A stretch of 64,000 nucleotides of DNA from a virus (IMGVR_UViG_3300035686_000002:64001-128000); one strand, 5' to 3'. Shown: positions 29,193 through 38,488, counted from the stretch's first letter. Translations and numbers: made by a program. The notes: a model not told the origin generated them from the sequence alone.

Positions 29193-29333
29193 TGCAATAC
29201 TGTTTAGTGGCTAAAGCATTAGACTGAGAACAAACAAAGCGCCAAGTTTCTGTTCAAAAAGTATTACACAATATTTCGCGATAAAATAACCCAATTGTGT
29301 TAATATGTTAGTATTGCTTTTCTGACAAAAAAC

Positions 29334-29552
29334 GTGAATTTTTTTTTAAAGCTGTTCCAGCCTAAAACATCTAATCCTGACAAATGCACAAAAGAATCAA
29401 CAGACCCAACAGAATCAAAAGAATCAGTTGAAAATAATTCGGATCTCAATGCTGATTCAACTATTTCTCACTATTCTGTCAGCCCTGGTGCAGAATCAAT
29501 TAGTCAAGTAACACTTGATTACCGAGGTCGCGCTAAATTGCACGGACAATAA
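29334..29552 (+). CDS. Small protein ending in a major-capsid-identical peptide
   Basis: PGAESISQVTLDYRGRAK versus capsid PGAQMLTQVTLDYRGRAK. Confidence 0.65.
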   Translation: MNFFLKLFQPKTSNPDKCTKESTDPTESKESVENNSDLNADSTISHYSVSPGAESISQVTLDYRGRAKLHGQ

Positions 29553-29693
29553 AAATCCGTGCCTGTACTTTTTAATGCACCCGCCTCTGGTTTGATACTG
29601 AAATCAATCGTAACCAAAGTTACGAGCGCGGGTGTATTTCGTCAAGTCAGCCAGCGGGTGACACAAACGGTTAAATACAAACCAAAGGTTATG

Positions 29694-30164
29694 CTATTTT
29701 ATTTTTCTCTGCATTCGTCCAAAAGGAAAACATGAGTCTAGGATTGCTTCTAGTGGCTCGCAATCAGAGACGGGAATATATTTTGGGAAACGACGATGTA
29801 AGATAGCTTCATTTTCACCTGTTTCATCCCAAGACCTTTGTTCTACAAAAACAATTTTGTCTAGCCGATCAGATTCTAAATTGAAAAACCTAACAGCAGC
29901 ATTGCTAGCGCAAAAACCAAGTGCGTCAATAATATCTCCGACATTATATTTTGTCCACGATAAGTCTACTGTGGGTATTTTGTCATACAAGTAAACCACA
30001 GGACTTGTATAATTCCACATCCGCTGTTCAACAAAAACAATCTTGTATGACTGTTCTATCTCGAAATCGTAAAAATTAACAATGTCAGTACGATTACATT
30101 TAATAAGTGTATTGATTAATTGTTCGACATTTAAACCTGTAGTATATTGTTTGATTACTGACAT
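29694..30164 (-). CDS. Hypothetical protein with two internal repeats; paralog of 55999..56316
   Basis: xNV(E/G)xLI(N/D)xL...V(N/R)F(Y/F)...KIVFVEQR occurs twice. Confidence 0.65.
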   Translation of the reverse strand: MSVIKQYTTGLNVEQLINTLIKCNRTDIVNFYDFEIEQSYKIVFVEQRMWNYTSPVVYLYDKIPTVDLSWTKYNVGDIIDALGFCASNAAVRFFNLESDRLDKIVFVEQRSWDETGENEAILHRRFPKYIPVSDCEPLEAILDSCFPFGRMQRKIK

Positions 30165-30177
30165 TTATTAATGACTC

Positions 30178-30531
30178 CTAAAATGAAATATGTGCCTTTT
30201 GACCTTTTTGTTGAAGTTGATTAATTTCCCCAAGTTCGATTGGTCGATCTAATACCTTCCCGTAATACCGCAAAATTATAGAAAGCGCAGTATTTGGAAC
30301 CCAAGTCAGAGAAAAGGTACTAGGCTCGAATCCCTTGTCTGAGAGCGCTTGGGATAGTCTATTGTCGCTTCTAAATACTTCCGTAAAATAAACACCTGCC
30401 AAACGTGATACCCTTTCAATTGACAAAAACACTTTTCCAGTGCTATCAACTCGAAATTCATTACAGATTTCATCTGGAATGCGTATAACTGGCATCATAG
30501 ACCTAAAAGTATATTTGTCAATCTCTAACAC
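30178..30531 (-). CDS. Putative antirepressor-like DNA-binding protein
   Basis: EFRVDSTGKVFLSIERVSRLAGV...ALSIILRYY, loosely similar to the N-part of 53343..54428. Confidence 0.45.
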   Translation of the reverse strand: MLEIDKYTFRSMMPVIRIPDEICNEFRVDSTGKVFLSIERVSRLAGVYFTEVFRSDNRLSQALSDKGFEPSTFSLTWVPNTALSIILRYYGKVLDRPIELGEINQLQQKGQKAHISF

Positions 30532-30847
30532 TCTATTGTTGTCCTAAGTTTTTATATTTTTAAGAAGAGTCAGTCAATACCTATTACATTATAACTATTT
30601 TAAATTAAAAATAATCAAAATCCACTAAATTTATAAATAATAAACCCCTACACTCCTAATTTTGGTCACTAATAGGTTTAATGTCAAGACATCTACGGGC
30701 ATCTTTAAAGCGCAAGTGTGGGCGTGCTTAATTGAGTTAGCTAACAAGTTTTGCGGATGACAGAGTGGTGAACCGAGAGTAATTATACATGAAAACTTCA
30801 GCTTGCTTGCTAACAAGTCTAGACGATTTCGGTTTTTAAATTTAAAA

Positions 30848-31038
30848 GCGAGAAGTATTTGGGCTGTTATAATAGATGAGCTTGTCACTCAGTTTTCTAT
30901 ATTCTATAATCTTTTTGCGTGACAAACTCATCTATTATACCTTCGACTATATCTACGCTTTGGTTGTAGGGTTTGCTTTAGTTTTGCACAAGAAGATCAC
31001 ACCAGTCTCAGCAAGTAGAATAACTAATTTGCTCTCGC
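30848..31038 (+). repeat. Dispersed element, copy 4
   Basis: GCGAGA...ATAGATGAGCTTGTCACTCA..TGCGTGACAAACTCATCTAT...CTCTCGC. Confidence 0.9.
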
Positions 31039-31072
31039 CTCAAAACCTGATTGTCACACAAATGTTGAAACG

Positions 31073-31480
31073 TTAAAACTGAGAGCAAGCAAATCGCCAA
31101 ATTGCTGCTGCTACTGTATCCTTTGCGGGAATAGCAGGGGTTCTGTCTGCACGACTCAAGGGAATCTGTCGAGTTGGAGAACCTTGGGCATCCACGACCT
31201 CGACTCCCTGCAATGCTAGCGTCCCTTTGAAACAGTCGGCTTGGTATCGGACGCCCCTTAGCAGTATTCCATCAGAAGAGACTGTGACAGTGCGAAAGGT
31301 GTTTTTCTTGACACCTGTATCGAACAATCGCATCTGAGACGCAAGATCCATGAAGATTTGGTCGCCAGTTTCGATAGTGGTTACTCTTACCCATTGCTGA
31401 GGTGCGCTCTGAGCTTGAATTGTTGCTGCGACAGCGAGGCTCAATACTGAGAGTGCGATTGTTTTGATTAATTTGTTCAT
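31073..31480 (-). CDS. Secreted/periplasmic protein with Sec signal peptide
   Basis: MNKLIKTIALSVLSLAVAATIQAQS signal, QWVRV, paired Cys (ADC...FAC). Confidence 0.7.
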   Translation of the reverse strand: MNKLIKTIALSVLSLAVAATIQAQSAPQQWVRVTTIETGDQIFMDLASQMRLFDTGVKKNTFRTVTVSSDGILLRGVRYQADCFKGTLALQGVEVVDAQGSPTRQIPLSRADRTPAIPAKDTVAAAIWRFACSQF

Positions 31481-31510
31481 TTTATATATTGGTTTAATAC
31501 GGGATTAATT

Positions 31511-31557
31511 GAATCTCTCAACAGTCTGAGAGGAAACTTCCAGACTGTTGAGAAATT
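31511..31557. terminator. Inverted repeat/terminator
   Basis: TCTCAACAGTCTG...CAGACTGTTGAGA. Confidence 0.6.
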
Positions 31558-31559
31558 GA

Positions 31560-32021
31560 CTACCTACTGTACAATTCGTCAATATCGTCGCGATTAAATT
31601 TTAAGCCACGCTCAATTTCGTCCTGAGTCCATTTTAAAACGTGAGGGTTGACAGTGCCGATTGTCATCAGTTCGTAAATCCAAACATTGACATCTGCCTG
31701 AAACTCAGGATTACTCATTGCATAGCTCATTGCTAGCGCTGGGTGTATCCACATTTTCTGTCCACGTCCAGGAATAAAATCGATCAAGGGCGTTTGATTT
31801 TGTGTACGGGAATCCCCGTAGTCAACTGGAAGCCTTAAGTTCTCAGCAAGCCGAGCGATGAGTCTGGTTGCAAATTTTGTCCTACGCCAATCTGAAAATG
31901 TTTGATTTAGGCAGGCTGTCATGTCTGTGGCACAAAAATATCCGTCTTTACCCCGGATTTCAATTTTTCGCCCGTTGTACTCTGGAAATTGGTCAAACCA
32001 CGATATCATTAATTTAGACAT
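31560..32021 (-). CDS. KilA-N domain DNA-binding protein
   Basis: YNGRKIEIRGKDGYFCATDM...FSDWRR...WIHPALAMSYA...PEFQADV. Confidence 0.85.
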   Translation of the reverse strand: MSKLMISWFDQFPEYNGRKIEIRGKDGYFCATDMTACLNQTFSDWRRTKFATRLIARLAENLRLPVDYGDSRTQNQTPLIDFIPGRGQKMWIHPALAMSYAMSNPEFQADVNVWIYELMTIGTVNPHVLKWTQDEIERGLKFNRDDIDELYSR

Positions 32022-32169
32022 TGGCTCTCCGTCTTAGAGTCGAGTGTTTAGTTAGGGTGATCGCGCCAAACGATCTTCCTAACGCTATTTTATCAAAACG
32101 CAAAAATATAATCTATAAGTTTTACACAAGATCATAAAACAGGGAGATAACTGGCTCAATAGTCTAAAT

Positions 32170-33366
32170 ATGAATGTTCAAACACAGCAACAATTTATCT
32201 TTCAATTAACGCAACTTATCAAAAGCGAAGAAGCCTATGGCTCTGGCGTTGAATTACTCACGTATAAAATTGAAAACAATAACGATATTGAGGGAAAGTT
32301 TAGAGATAGCTGGAATAGTCGAATATTCAGCTTCTTAATCAATCGCGATCGACTTGGCTACAAACCTGCAATCAATCTTGACAGTTCTCACGGCGCAGAT
32401 TCAGTACAGCTAGCACGACACTTTGATACATTTGTTGTGGGGTATTTGAAAGGTTTCCGAATAGACGCGAAAAAGACTGGTGCAAAACGCACAGAAAAGT
32501 CTAGATGTACTCACATTAGTTATAACTGTGGAACCGCGTGTATACCACTGTTGAATAATTGCTGGATTGATGGCACTGAGAAAAGAGTTAAGGCGGCTGG
32601 CGATCCGACAAAAAACATTATTCAAGAAAGAATCGACAAAATTAGAAAGTTAGCCGATTTATTAAAATCACAACCAGAGAATCGAGCTTGGGCAAAAAAT
32701 AGAACACCAGAAAAGTTAGAGGCAAAAGCACAGTATTTGGAAGAAGTCAACAATAAAACAGTTGTTAAATCTAACGTGGGGGTGCATGAAATTATCCCTT
32801 ATTTGGCAAAACCAGGAAGAAGTAATTATAGAATTCCTGAAACTATTGAGACTATTAGTAAATTAACGGGAATGACAAATGATGAATCAATGGAATCTGC
32901 TAAAGCTGTTTGGTCTTTCACTGAGTCTAAATACGAAGATATCAGAAAATCTGAGTACGCCGGAATTGTTACTCCTCAAATTGCGGCAATTAATCGATAT
33001 CTTGATAAAATGCCGAAATTTCCAGGTAAAATCCTCAGAGGCAAAAAATTCAAGACCCAACAACTTCTTGATGATTTTATAGAAAAAATGCAAAATGGTT
33101 ATACCTACGATCTACCAGCTATGTCAAGTTTTAGTTCGTCGGAAAAATCACCAAAGTATTTTGCCACAAACGTCTCTTTTCAACCTTCTGTTATTTTTGA
33201 AATAGCGAACAACAAGTCTGGTGTCACGGTAAAAAACATTTCAAATTCCCAACACGAAGATGAAGTCTTAGTAAAAAAGGGAACTCAGTATAAACTTGCT
33301 GGATCGATTCGATACACGGAACATGAAGGGAAGAAAATAACAGTCATTCCGTTGGAAGAATATTAG
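32170..33366 (+). CDS. Shared-N-module family protein with C-terminal ADP-ribosyltransferase (R-S-E clade)
   Basis: SEEAYGS...GKFRDSWNSR...YKPA and CTHISYNCGTACIPLLNNC. ART motifs ILRG, SSFSSS, HEDEVL. Confidence 0.85.
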   Translation: MNVQTQQQFIFQLTQLIKSEEAYGSGVELLTYKIENNNDIEGKFRDSWNSRIFSFLINRDRLGYKPAINLDSSHGADSVQLARHFDTFVVGYLKGFRIDAKKTGAKRTEKSRCTHISYNCGTACIPLLNNCWIDGTEKRVKAAGDPTKNIIQERIDKIRKLADLLKSQPENRAWAKNRTPEKLEAKAQYLEEVNNKTVVKSNVGVHEIIPYLAKPGRSNYRIPETIETISKLTGMTNDESMESAKAVWSFTESKYEDIRKSEYAGIVTPQIAAINRYLDKMPKFPGKILRGKKFKTQQLLDDFIEKMQNGYTYDLPAMSSFSSSEKSPKYFATNVSFQPSVIFEIANNKSGVTVKNISNSQHEDEVLVKKGTQYKLAGSIRYTEHEGKKITVIPLEEY

Positions 33367-33505
33367 GTACTGATATTCTTTTGTTTAAAACTATTTCTTT
33401 TTGCTTTTTAGGTGGCGTTAAGTTGTCTGGTTCTTCCGCTGAATCCATAAAACGCTCTATCCGAAAACGTTTTAATTGTTCTTTTGGGACTGTTTTGTCC
33501 GTCAT
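33344..33505 (-). CDS. 53-aa ORF convergent with and overlapping the ART gene, below the ORF-track cutoff
   Basis: AGGAG RBS. MTDKTVPKEQLKRFRIERFMDSAEEPDNLTPP... Confidence 0.5.
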   Translation of the reverse strand: MTDKTVPKEQLKRFRIERFMDSAEEPDNLTPPKKQKEIVLNKRISVPNILPTE

Positions 33506-33784
33506 AAAGCTCCTATTGGACAATTCGCATATTTATAAAACTTATTATAACATTTACTAATTTTACTTTTGTATCTTATGTGTAATTCACGCAGATATTC
33601 TTATTGGTCAGGCAGCCAATTAGGAGTCTTACTCAATTTCCAAAAGCCTATTTCGGTAGCAAGACCCGATGAAGCGTCAAAAATCATCGGGGCTAAAGCC
33701 GCAGTGAGTATGTCAGAGCGGTGTTTTTATGTCTTAGAAGACTATTATTGATGGGTCTGGTAATCTCGATATTCAGATCGAGAA

Positions 33785-33975
33785 GCGAGACAACACTCAG
33801 ATATTTTTATTGTTGAGCTTGTTACTCAGTTTTTTATAATTTATAATCTTTCTGATTGACGAACTCATCTATTGCATTCTCGATTCTATATATCTTGTGA
33901 CTGTAGAGGTTGTTTAAATTTTGAAATCAGAAATCAAACCAGTCTCAACAAGTGGAACAGATAAATTACTTTCGA
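33785..33975 (+). repeat. Dispersed element, copy 5
   Basis: GCGAGAC...ATTGTTGAGCTTGTTACTCA..TGATTGACGAACTCATCTAT...GTAGAGGTTG..CAGTCTCAAC...CTTTCGA. Confidence 0.85.
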
Positions 33976-34012
33976 TTCAAAAGCCGATAACCAGCGACGA
34001 TCGTTGAGTGGT

Positions 34013-34588
34013 TCACACAATTGTATCCAAATCCTTAGTGACGAACCGAACCGAATAAGGCTGCGTGTAGTAGCGGACGATTGGCGCTGGTGCTTCTACG
34101 GGTTGTCCCGTACCGCCGACAACCGGGCAAAGTAGCTGACCGTTAGACATCATGCCCGACATTGGCTGCAAATAAAGAACGCCGCGCTTGCGAGTAACGC
34201 CCCCTGTGGTATAGTCCTTTATTGGGTCAAATCCTACGGCATCATCAACCCAAATTGTTTGCACTTGTCCAACGATCGCCCGCTGACGTAGCGCAATCTC
34301 CCACAGGATAAATCGAATTTCTGCTCGCTGGTCTTGAATTTCTAAATCAAACCCTTGAGTGCGAACCACAGATGTTTCATACCACACCGAGCTAAAAGCA
34401 TCTGTGATTTTTCCCCATTCCTCGTTGATTGGTTTATATTGTTGCGACTGCACTCGTAGACTGAGATTGCCCGTAGAGTCAAACATTGAAGACAAAAGCT
34501 GACCTTGTGGGTTTCGTTCTTCAAGTTGCTGTAGGTATTTGAGCCGAAGATCGGCAGGTGTTTCAAAAGTTATTGCTCGTAAGTACAT
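34013..34588 (-). CDS. Putative minor tail (distal-tail-like) protein
   Basis: 191 aa, beta-rich, at the end of the tail-tip operon. Confidence 0.45.
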   Translation of the reverse strand: MYLRAITFETPADLRLKYLQQLEERNPQGQLLSSMFDSTGNLSLRVQSQQYKPINEEWGKITDAFSSVWYETSVVRTQGFDLEIQDQRAEIRFILWEIALRQRAIVGQVQTIWVDDAVGFDPIKDYTTGGVTRKRGVLYLQPMSGMMSNGQLLCPVVGGTGQPVEAPAPIVRYYTQPYSVRFVTKDLDTIV

Positions 34589-34666
34589 TTAACGTAAGCA
34601 AATGACAACTATTTTTTAAGAGATATCTTTGGGATTTTCTGTTGACAATCTCAGTTTTAAGTTCTA

Positions 34667-35059
34667 TCAATTAGGTCTGTTTGGAGGGGTTGGAGTAGGA
34701 ACCGGAGCGGGGCTAGTAGGAGTAGGAGTAGGAGTAGGAGTAGGAGTAGGAGTAGGAGTAGGAGTAAATGCCATATTAGGGTGATGGCTGCGAATTCTTT
34801 GTGTTTCTAACGCCTCAACTTCTTCTTTGAGCAAACGCATAAATTCTGCAACTCTAGGGGTAGGATTTGCTAAACTGATTATCAATGGTTCGTCAAGCCA
34901 CTTCCAGTCAGAAATTACTTTATTGTCAACGAGCATACGTCTGTTAAAATAGACTTCTATCTGCCTTTGGAAAGCTTCTTTTGGTAATCTAATCTCAACT
35001 CTTTCTGCATCGCTAACAACTGTAAACTTTGTTGTTGTATCTATCAATGATGTTTGCAT
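34667..35059 (-). CDS. Fibre-associated small protein with (PT)n tail
   Basis: Directly downstream of the tail fibre. Contains a GGAGTA hexamer run. Confidence 0.6.
   Translation of the reverse strand: MQTSLIDTTTKFTVVSDAERVEIRLPKEAFQRQIEVYFNRRMLVDNKVISDWKWLDEPLIISLANPTPRVAEFMRLLKEEVEALETQRIRSHHPNMAFTPTPTPTPTPTPTPTPTSPAPVPTPTPPNRPN
34716..34767. repeat. Hexanucleotide tandem repeat (GGAGTA)n encoding (Thr-Pro)n
   Basis: About 8 perfect units visible. Confidence 0.9.
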
Positions 35060-35101
35060 TTTAGTAATAATTCTTTGAACTACAAAATATTTAATTGTAT
35101 T

Positions 35102-38100
35102 TTAACTTATATAATCAATAACTGCGTAAAAACTTTTTGACAATATTGCACTAGAGTTGCCCGTCTCATTAGTCAAGCTAAAGTTTGTTGCGTCAGTAGC
35201 CCAATAGCTACCACATCCGGGTTGTCTAGATCCAAAAGGTAGATTTCCAGTAGCACTATAATAAATGACTCCAACAACGCTTATTATTTTGGCAACGTTT
35301 ATACCATGTGCAACGTTTACAGCTCCCCCTTGAGCTGCACTTGTCGTTCCGCTAATTAATTTCTTTTTAATGGCTACATTATCGCCTAAGAGAGTAAAAC
35401 CTCCAGTATATTGATTTCCTTGAACAGCTTGTCCTCCACTAACTATATGCGCGCCAGTCGTAGTTGAAGTTGATTGAGTTCCATTTGTAATCCGGGTAAC
35501 ACCTGTAAAAGTTTTTTCGCCTCCAACCGTCTGATTCTCTGTTGTATTTACTTGCAAATGGTTTGTAAGATTTGGTAATCCAATCTGTGCTGCTGTTGTT
35601 CCGTGAGGGTTTCCTGTCTCTTGAGAATGTAAATAAGCTATATTTCCAAAGTCACCGCGATAGGCACTGGCAGAGGTTGTTCCTAAGGCTAAAGATGCTG
35701 ATATTTCAACATACGCACTTCCTGACCATCGGTAAGTTATATTAGTAGTAGTTGCTACATAAATTTTTCCTGTTTCTCCTGTAGTAGGAAAATTCACAAG
35801 TGCCGCAAATTCAAGAACATCATCAACAAAACCAGGTAATTGCACTGCCGGGACAACGCCATTTACCAATGATGCAAAATTGCTGCTAGCAATTGCTTCT
35901 GGCGGCCCTGCTGTTGCACCTCTTCCCCACAAGGTATTTGCTGGCAACGTACCGGGAAACCCAGCCATAACCCCCCAACTCGTACCGCCTAGCGAAGATA
36001 AAATAAAGCTTTGATGTTGCACCGCCAAAGGTAAAGTTAATGCACCGTTGATAGTGTCACTACCAGACCTGGAAATAGTAACCAAATTTGCCGACGCATC
36101 AGACTTGCGAATCTCTACCACCCAACCACTGCCAACAGTCGCAGCAGCAGGCAAGGTTATTGTGATTGTCGCCGATGTAGCATTGACATCAATTAATTGG
36201 CGTTGATTAGCAGTCGTGAGCGTTGTGTTCGTCGAAACCCCTAAATACCCAAAAACGGTAATTGGGTCTGTGCCGCCAACGTTGTGAGTGCTAGCGTGAG
36301 CGGTGGGAGTTCGTGCGTTGGAGTAAGCTGAATCTGCTGCGTCTCGAATTTGTCCTGCACTATTCCCTATTGCCCGTAACGCTGCCGCACCTAACCCGAG
36401 TGTAGTTCGAGCTTCAGTTTGAGTCGTATCGTCAAGAAGTGTCCGAATAAAAGCACCTAATTGAACAATGGCAGCGCTGCCACCAGCAGTTCTTTCAATT
36501 AATCCAGCCGTTGACAAAAGTTCGATTGCTTGAATAACAGGTGAAGCATTTGATTCAAATAAAGATTTACGGTAAGCGGGTATGCAGCCATCAGCGGTAG
36601 TTTGCCTGATTCGGGTGCATTGTGTTCCCGACAAAAACGAGTAAGCGATCGCAACTTGATAAGTTCCAATTGGCAAACTCCCACCAATAGCAGATCCCGA
36701 AACCGTAGGCGGATCGAACAAACAAAAATCAGTAAACGGTGGCGCGGTAGTAGCTGCAACTACGGTAGTATTTGTCAAATCTACAACATTAAATATTTGC
36801 GTAGTGTCAATTACTACTGGTTGAGGTGAATTAAGCCTGTAAATTGTAGATCCTTGCTTGATATAGATCCGAACTTGCGGAGGATTAAAATGGGCTTTGG
36901 TGTTTCCAGCAATTTCAGGAATCCCCGATCTTACCATTCCAAAAGCGCCGCTTACCGGATAGGTTGCGGTGATAGAAATTCCACCAACGGAACTCAATAC
37001 AATATTGTTGCTCCAACCCGATGCTACCGATTCGCCAGTACCAAAATCAAACAAAGCAAGTAAAGCTTCACCTCCTGAAAGCGCCGTTACCCCGGCAACG
37101 CCGCGAACCACAGCGCGACCGTCTTGAGTGATCGCTAGCTGCTGATTTAAGGTATTTGGGGCGATCTGGGCGATCGTTTGTTTGGGCTGTAATGCCGACT
37201 CATGACCCCTAACTACAAACAATCCCGGTAGTACATTCAAAGTTCCATCGCCGGGAACCACGCGACCAAAATCAGCAATCGGTGCAACAAAACCTCCCAC
37301 GCTTGTCTCAAAAATCGAAGCTAGAGGAACCCGAACGCCACCTTGGGGTAACAAGATTGGAACAATCGAGATGACACTACCTTGCACTAGCGGCGGGTAT
37401 ATCTCGGACGCACGGAACCGAGGGAAGATTTTAAAAACCGCTTTCTGATTTCCTGGTAAGGTTTTAGATATTGCCAAAAATCCCGTTTCAGCATTGGTTT
37501 GCGTTAAATCAACGCCGATTCCTGCCATGTCTGCGCCGTCGTTCAACCCCGAGTCATTGTCAAGAATTCCGGTTGCCGAATTGTAGAAGCCCAAAAATCT
37601 AACAACAATTCGTCGATCAAACAACGTAGTCGCAGGGAACCCGTCAACCTGCACGTTCAAACCAAATCGAGAACCAACGGCGATATCATCCCCGGTGTCC
37701 GATCCGAAAAATACGGTTAATCCTTTGGCATTAGTTGCTATTAAATCTGTGTTGTCGGCTGCGTCATAGTTTACGTCGCCAAACAATAGATTTTGTGCGA
37801 GAAATTCTTCATCAACGGCGACAAGCGGACGGCAAGCGCCTGTGTCTCCAAAAATGTCGCCGCCGATAGGAAACAGCCCAAAATTGGGATTACCAAACCG
37901 CACCCAATATTCACCGGGCGATCGTTCAATTACTTTGTCGCCGTCAACCGCATGGCGAAAATAGGGAGAATTCGGATCGGTAATCAGCCACGGGTAGTAT
38001 ATATAGTAAGATGCACCGCTGGCAACTCCCCCACTAACTAGCCGCACCATGCCGGGAACCAAGCTAACCCCCGTAGGTAATCCGGCAGGCAAACTGACGG

Positions 38101-38488
38101 CGGCGGACGGAACGACTAATTGCTCATCTCGGCTAAAGACAATTGGCGCCGCTGTAGCGAAAGCATCTGAGTCAGTCTGAAAGATCCGCCAAAAACCCAC
38201 AACCCAAGCATCATCTAGTGTTGTAGTAAGGGATGCGACAATAAAGCAATATTTATACCCCGTAGCAGCATCTCGATTGGCTTCAGGAAAACTGACAGAA
38301 ATACGTCCTCCGGCGGGAGCGGTAACAGTTACGGCGGGCGACGGTAGCGACACGCCTGCTTCGTTCAGTAGATAGAGCCAAAAAGTCCGCGTTTGTGGAA
38401 CCGAGAAAGCCCCGCCAGTTGTCGCTGTCGTTACGTTGCCACTTGTAAAAACTGGAGCAAATCGCCCGCTGCCGTATTCTGCGGTCAT
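35102..38488 (-). CDS. Tail fibre protein
   Basis: Fibre motifs: RTLLDDTTQTEARTTLGLG, SNARTPTAHASTH, ITLPAAA, QLPGFVDDVLEF...TGETGKIYV, NPHGTTAAQIGL, STSTTTGA. Confidence 0.85.
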   Translation of the reverse strand: MTAEYGSGRFAPVFTSGNVTTATTGGAFSVPQTRTFWLYLLNEAGVSLPSPAVTVTAPAGGRISVSFPEANRDAATGYKYCFIVASLTTTLDDAWVVGFWRIFQTDSDAFATAAPIVFSRDEQLVVPSAAVSLPAGLPTGVSLVPGMVRLVSGGVASGASYYIYYPWLITDPNSPYFRHAVDGDKVIERSPGEYWVRFGNPNFGLFPIGGDIFGDTGACRPLVAVDEEFLAQNLLFGDVNYDAADNTDLIATNAKGLTVFFGSDTGDDIAVGSRFGLNVQVDGFPATTLFDRRIVVRFLGFYNSATGILDNDSGLNDGADMAGIGVDLTQTNAETGFLAISKTLPGNQKAVFKIFPRFRASEIYPPLVQGSVISIVPILLPQGGVRVPLASIFETSVGGFVAPIADFGRVVPGDGTLNVLPGLFVVRGHESALQPKQTIAQIAPNTLNQQLAITQDGRAVVRGVAGVTALSGGEALLALFDFGTGESVASGWSNNIVLSSVGGISITATYPVSGAFGMVRSGIPEIAGNTKAHFNPPQVRIYIKQGSTIYRLNSPQPVVIDTTQIFNVVDLTNTTVVAATTAPPFTDFCLFDPPTVSGSAIGGSLPIGTYQVAIAYSFLSGTQCTRIRQTTADGCIPAYRKSLFESNASPVIQAIELLSTAGLIERTAGGSAAIVQLGAFIRTLLDDTTQTEARTTLGLGAAALRAIGNSAGQIRDAADSAYSNARTPTAHASTHNVGGTDPITVFGYLGVSTNTTLTTANQRQLIDVNATSATITITLPAAATVGSGWVVEIRKSDASANLVTISRSGSDTINGALTLPLAVQHQSFILSSLGGTSWGVMAGFPGTLPANTLWGRGATAGPPEAIASSNFASLVNGVVPAVQLPGFVDDVLEFAALVNFPTTGETGKIYVATTTNITYRWSGSAYVEISASLALGTTSASAYRGDFGNIAYLHSQETGNPHGTTAAQIGLPNLTNHLQVNTTENQTVGGEKTFTGVTRITNGTQSTSTTTGAHIVSGGQAVQGNQYTGGFTLLGDNVAIKKKLISGTTSAAQGGAVNVAHGINVAKIISVVGVIYYSATGNLPFGSRQPGCGSYWATDATNFSLTNETGNSSAILSKSFYAVIDYIS

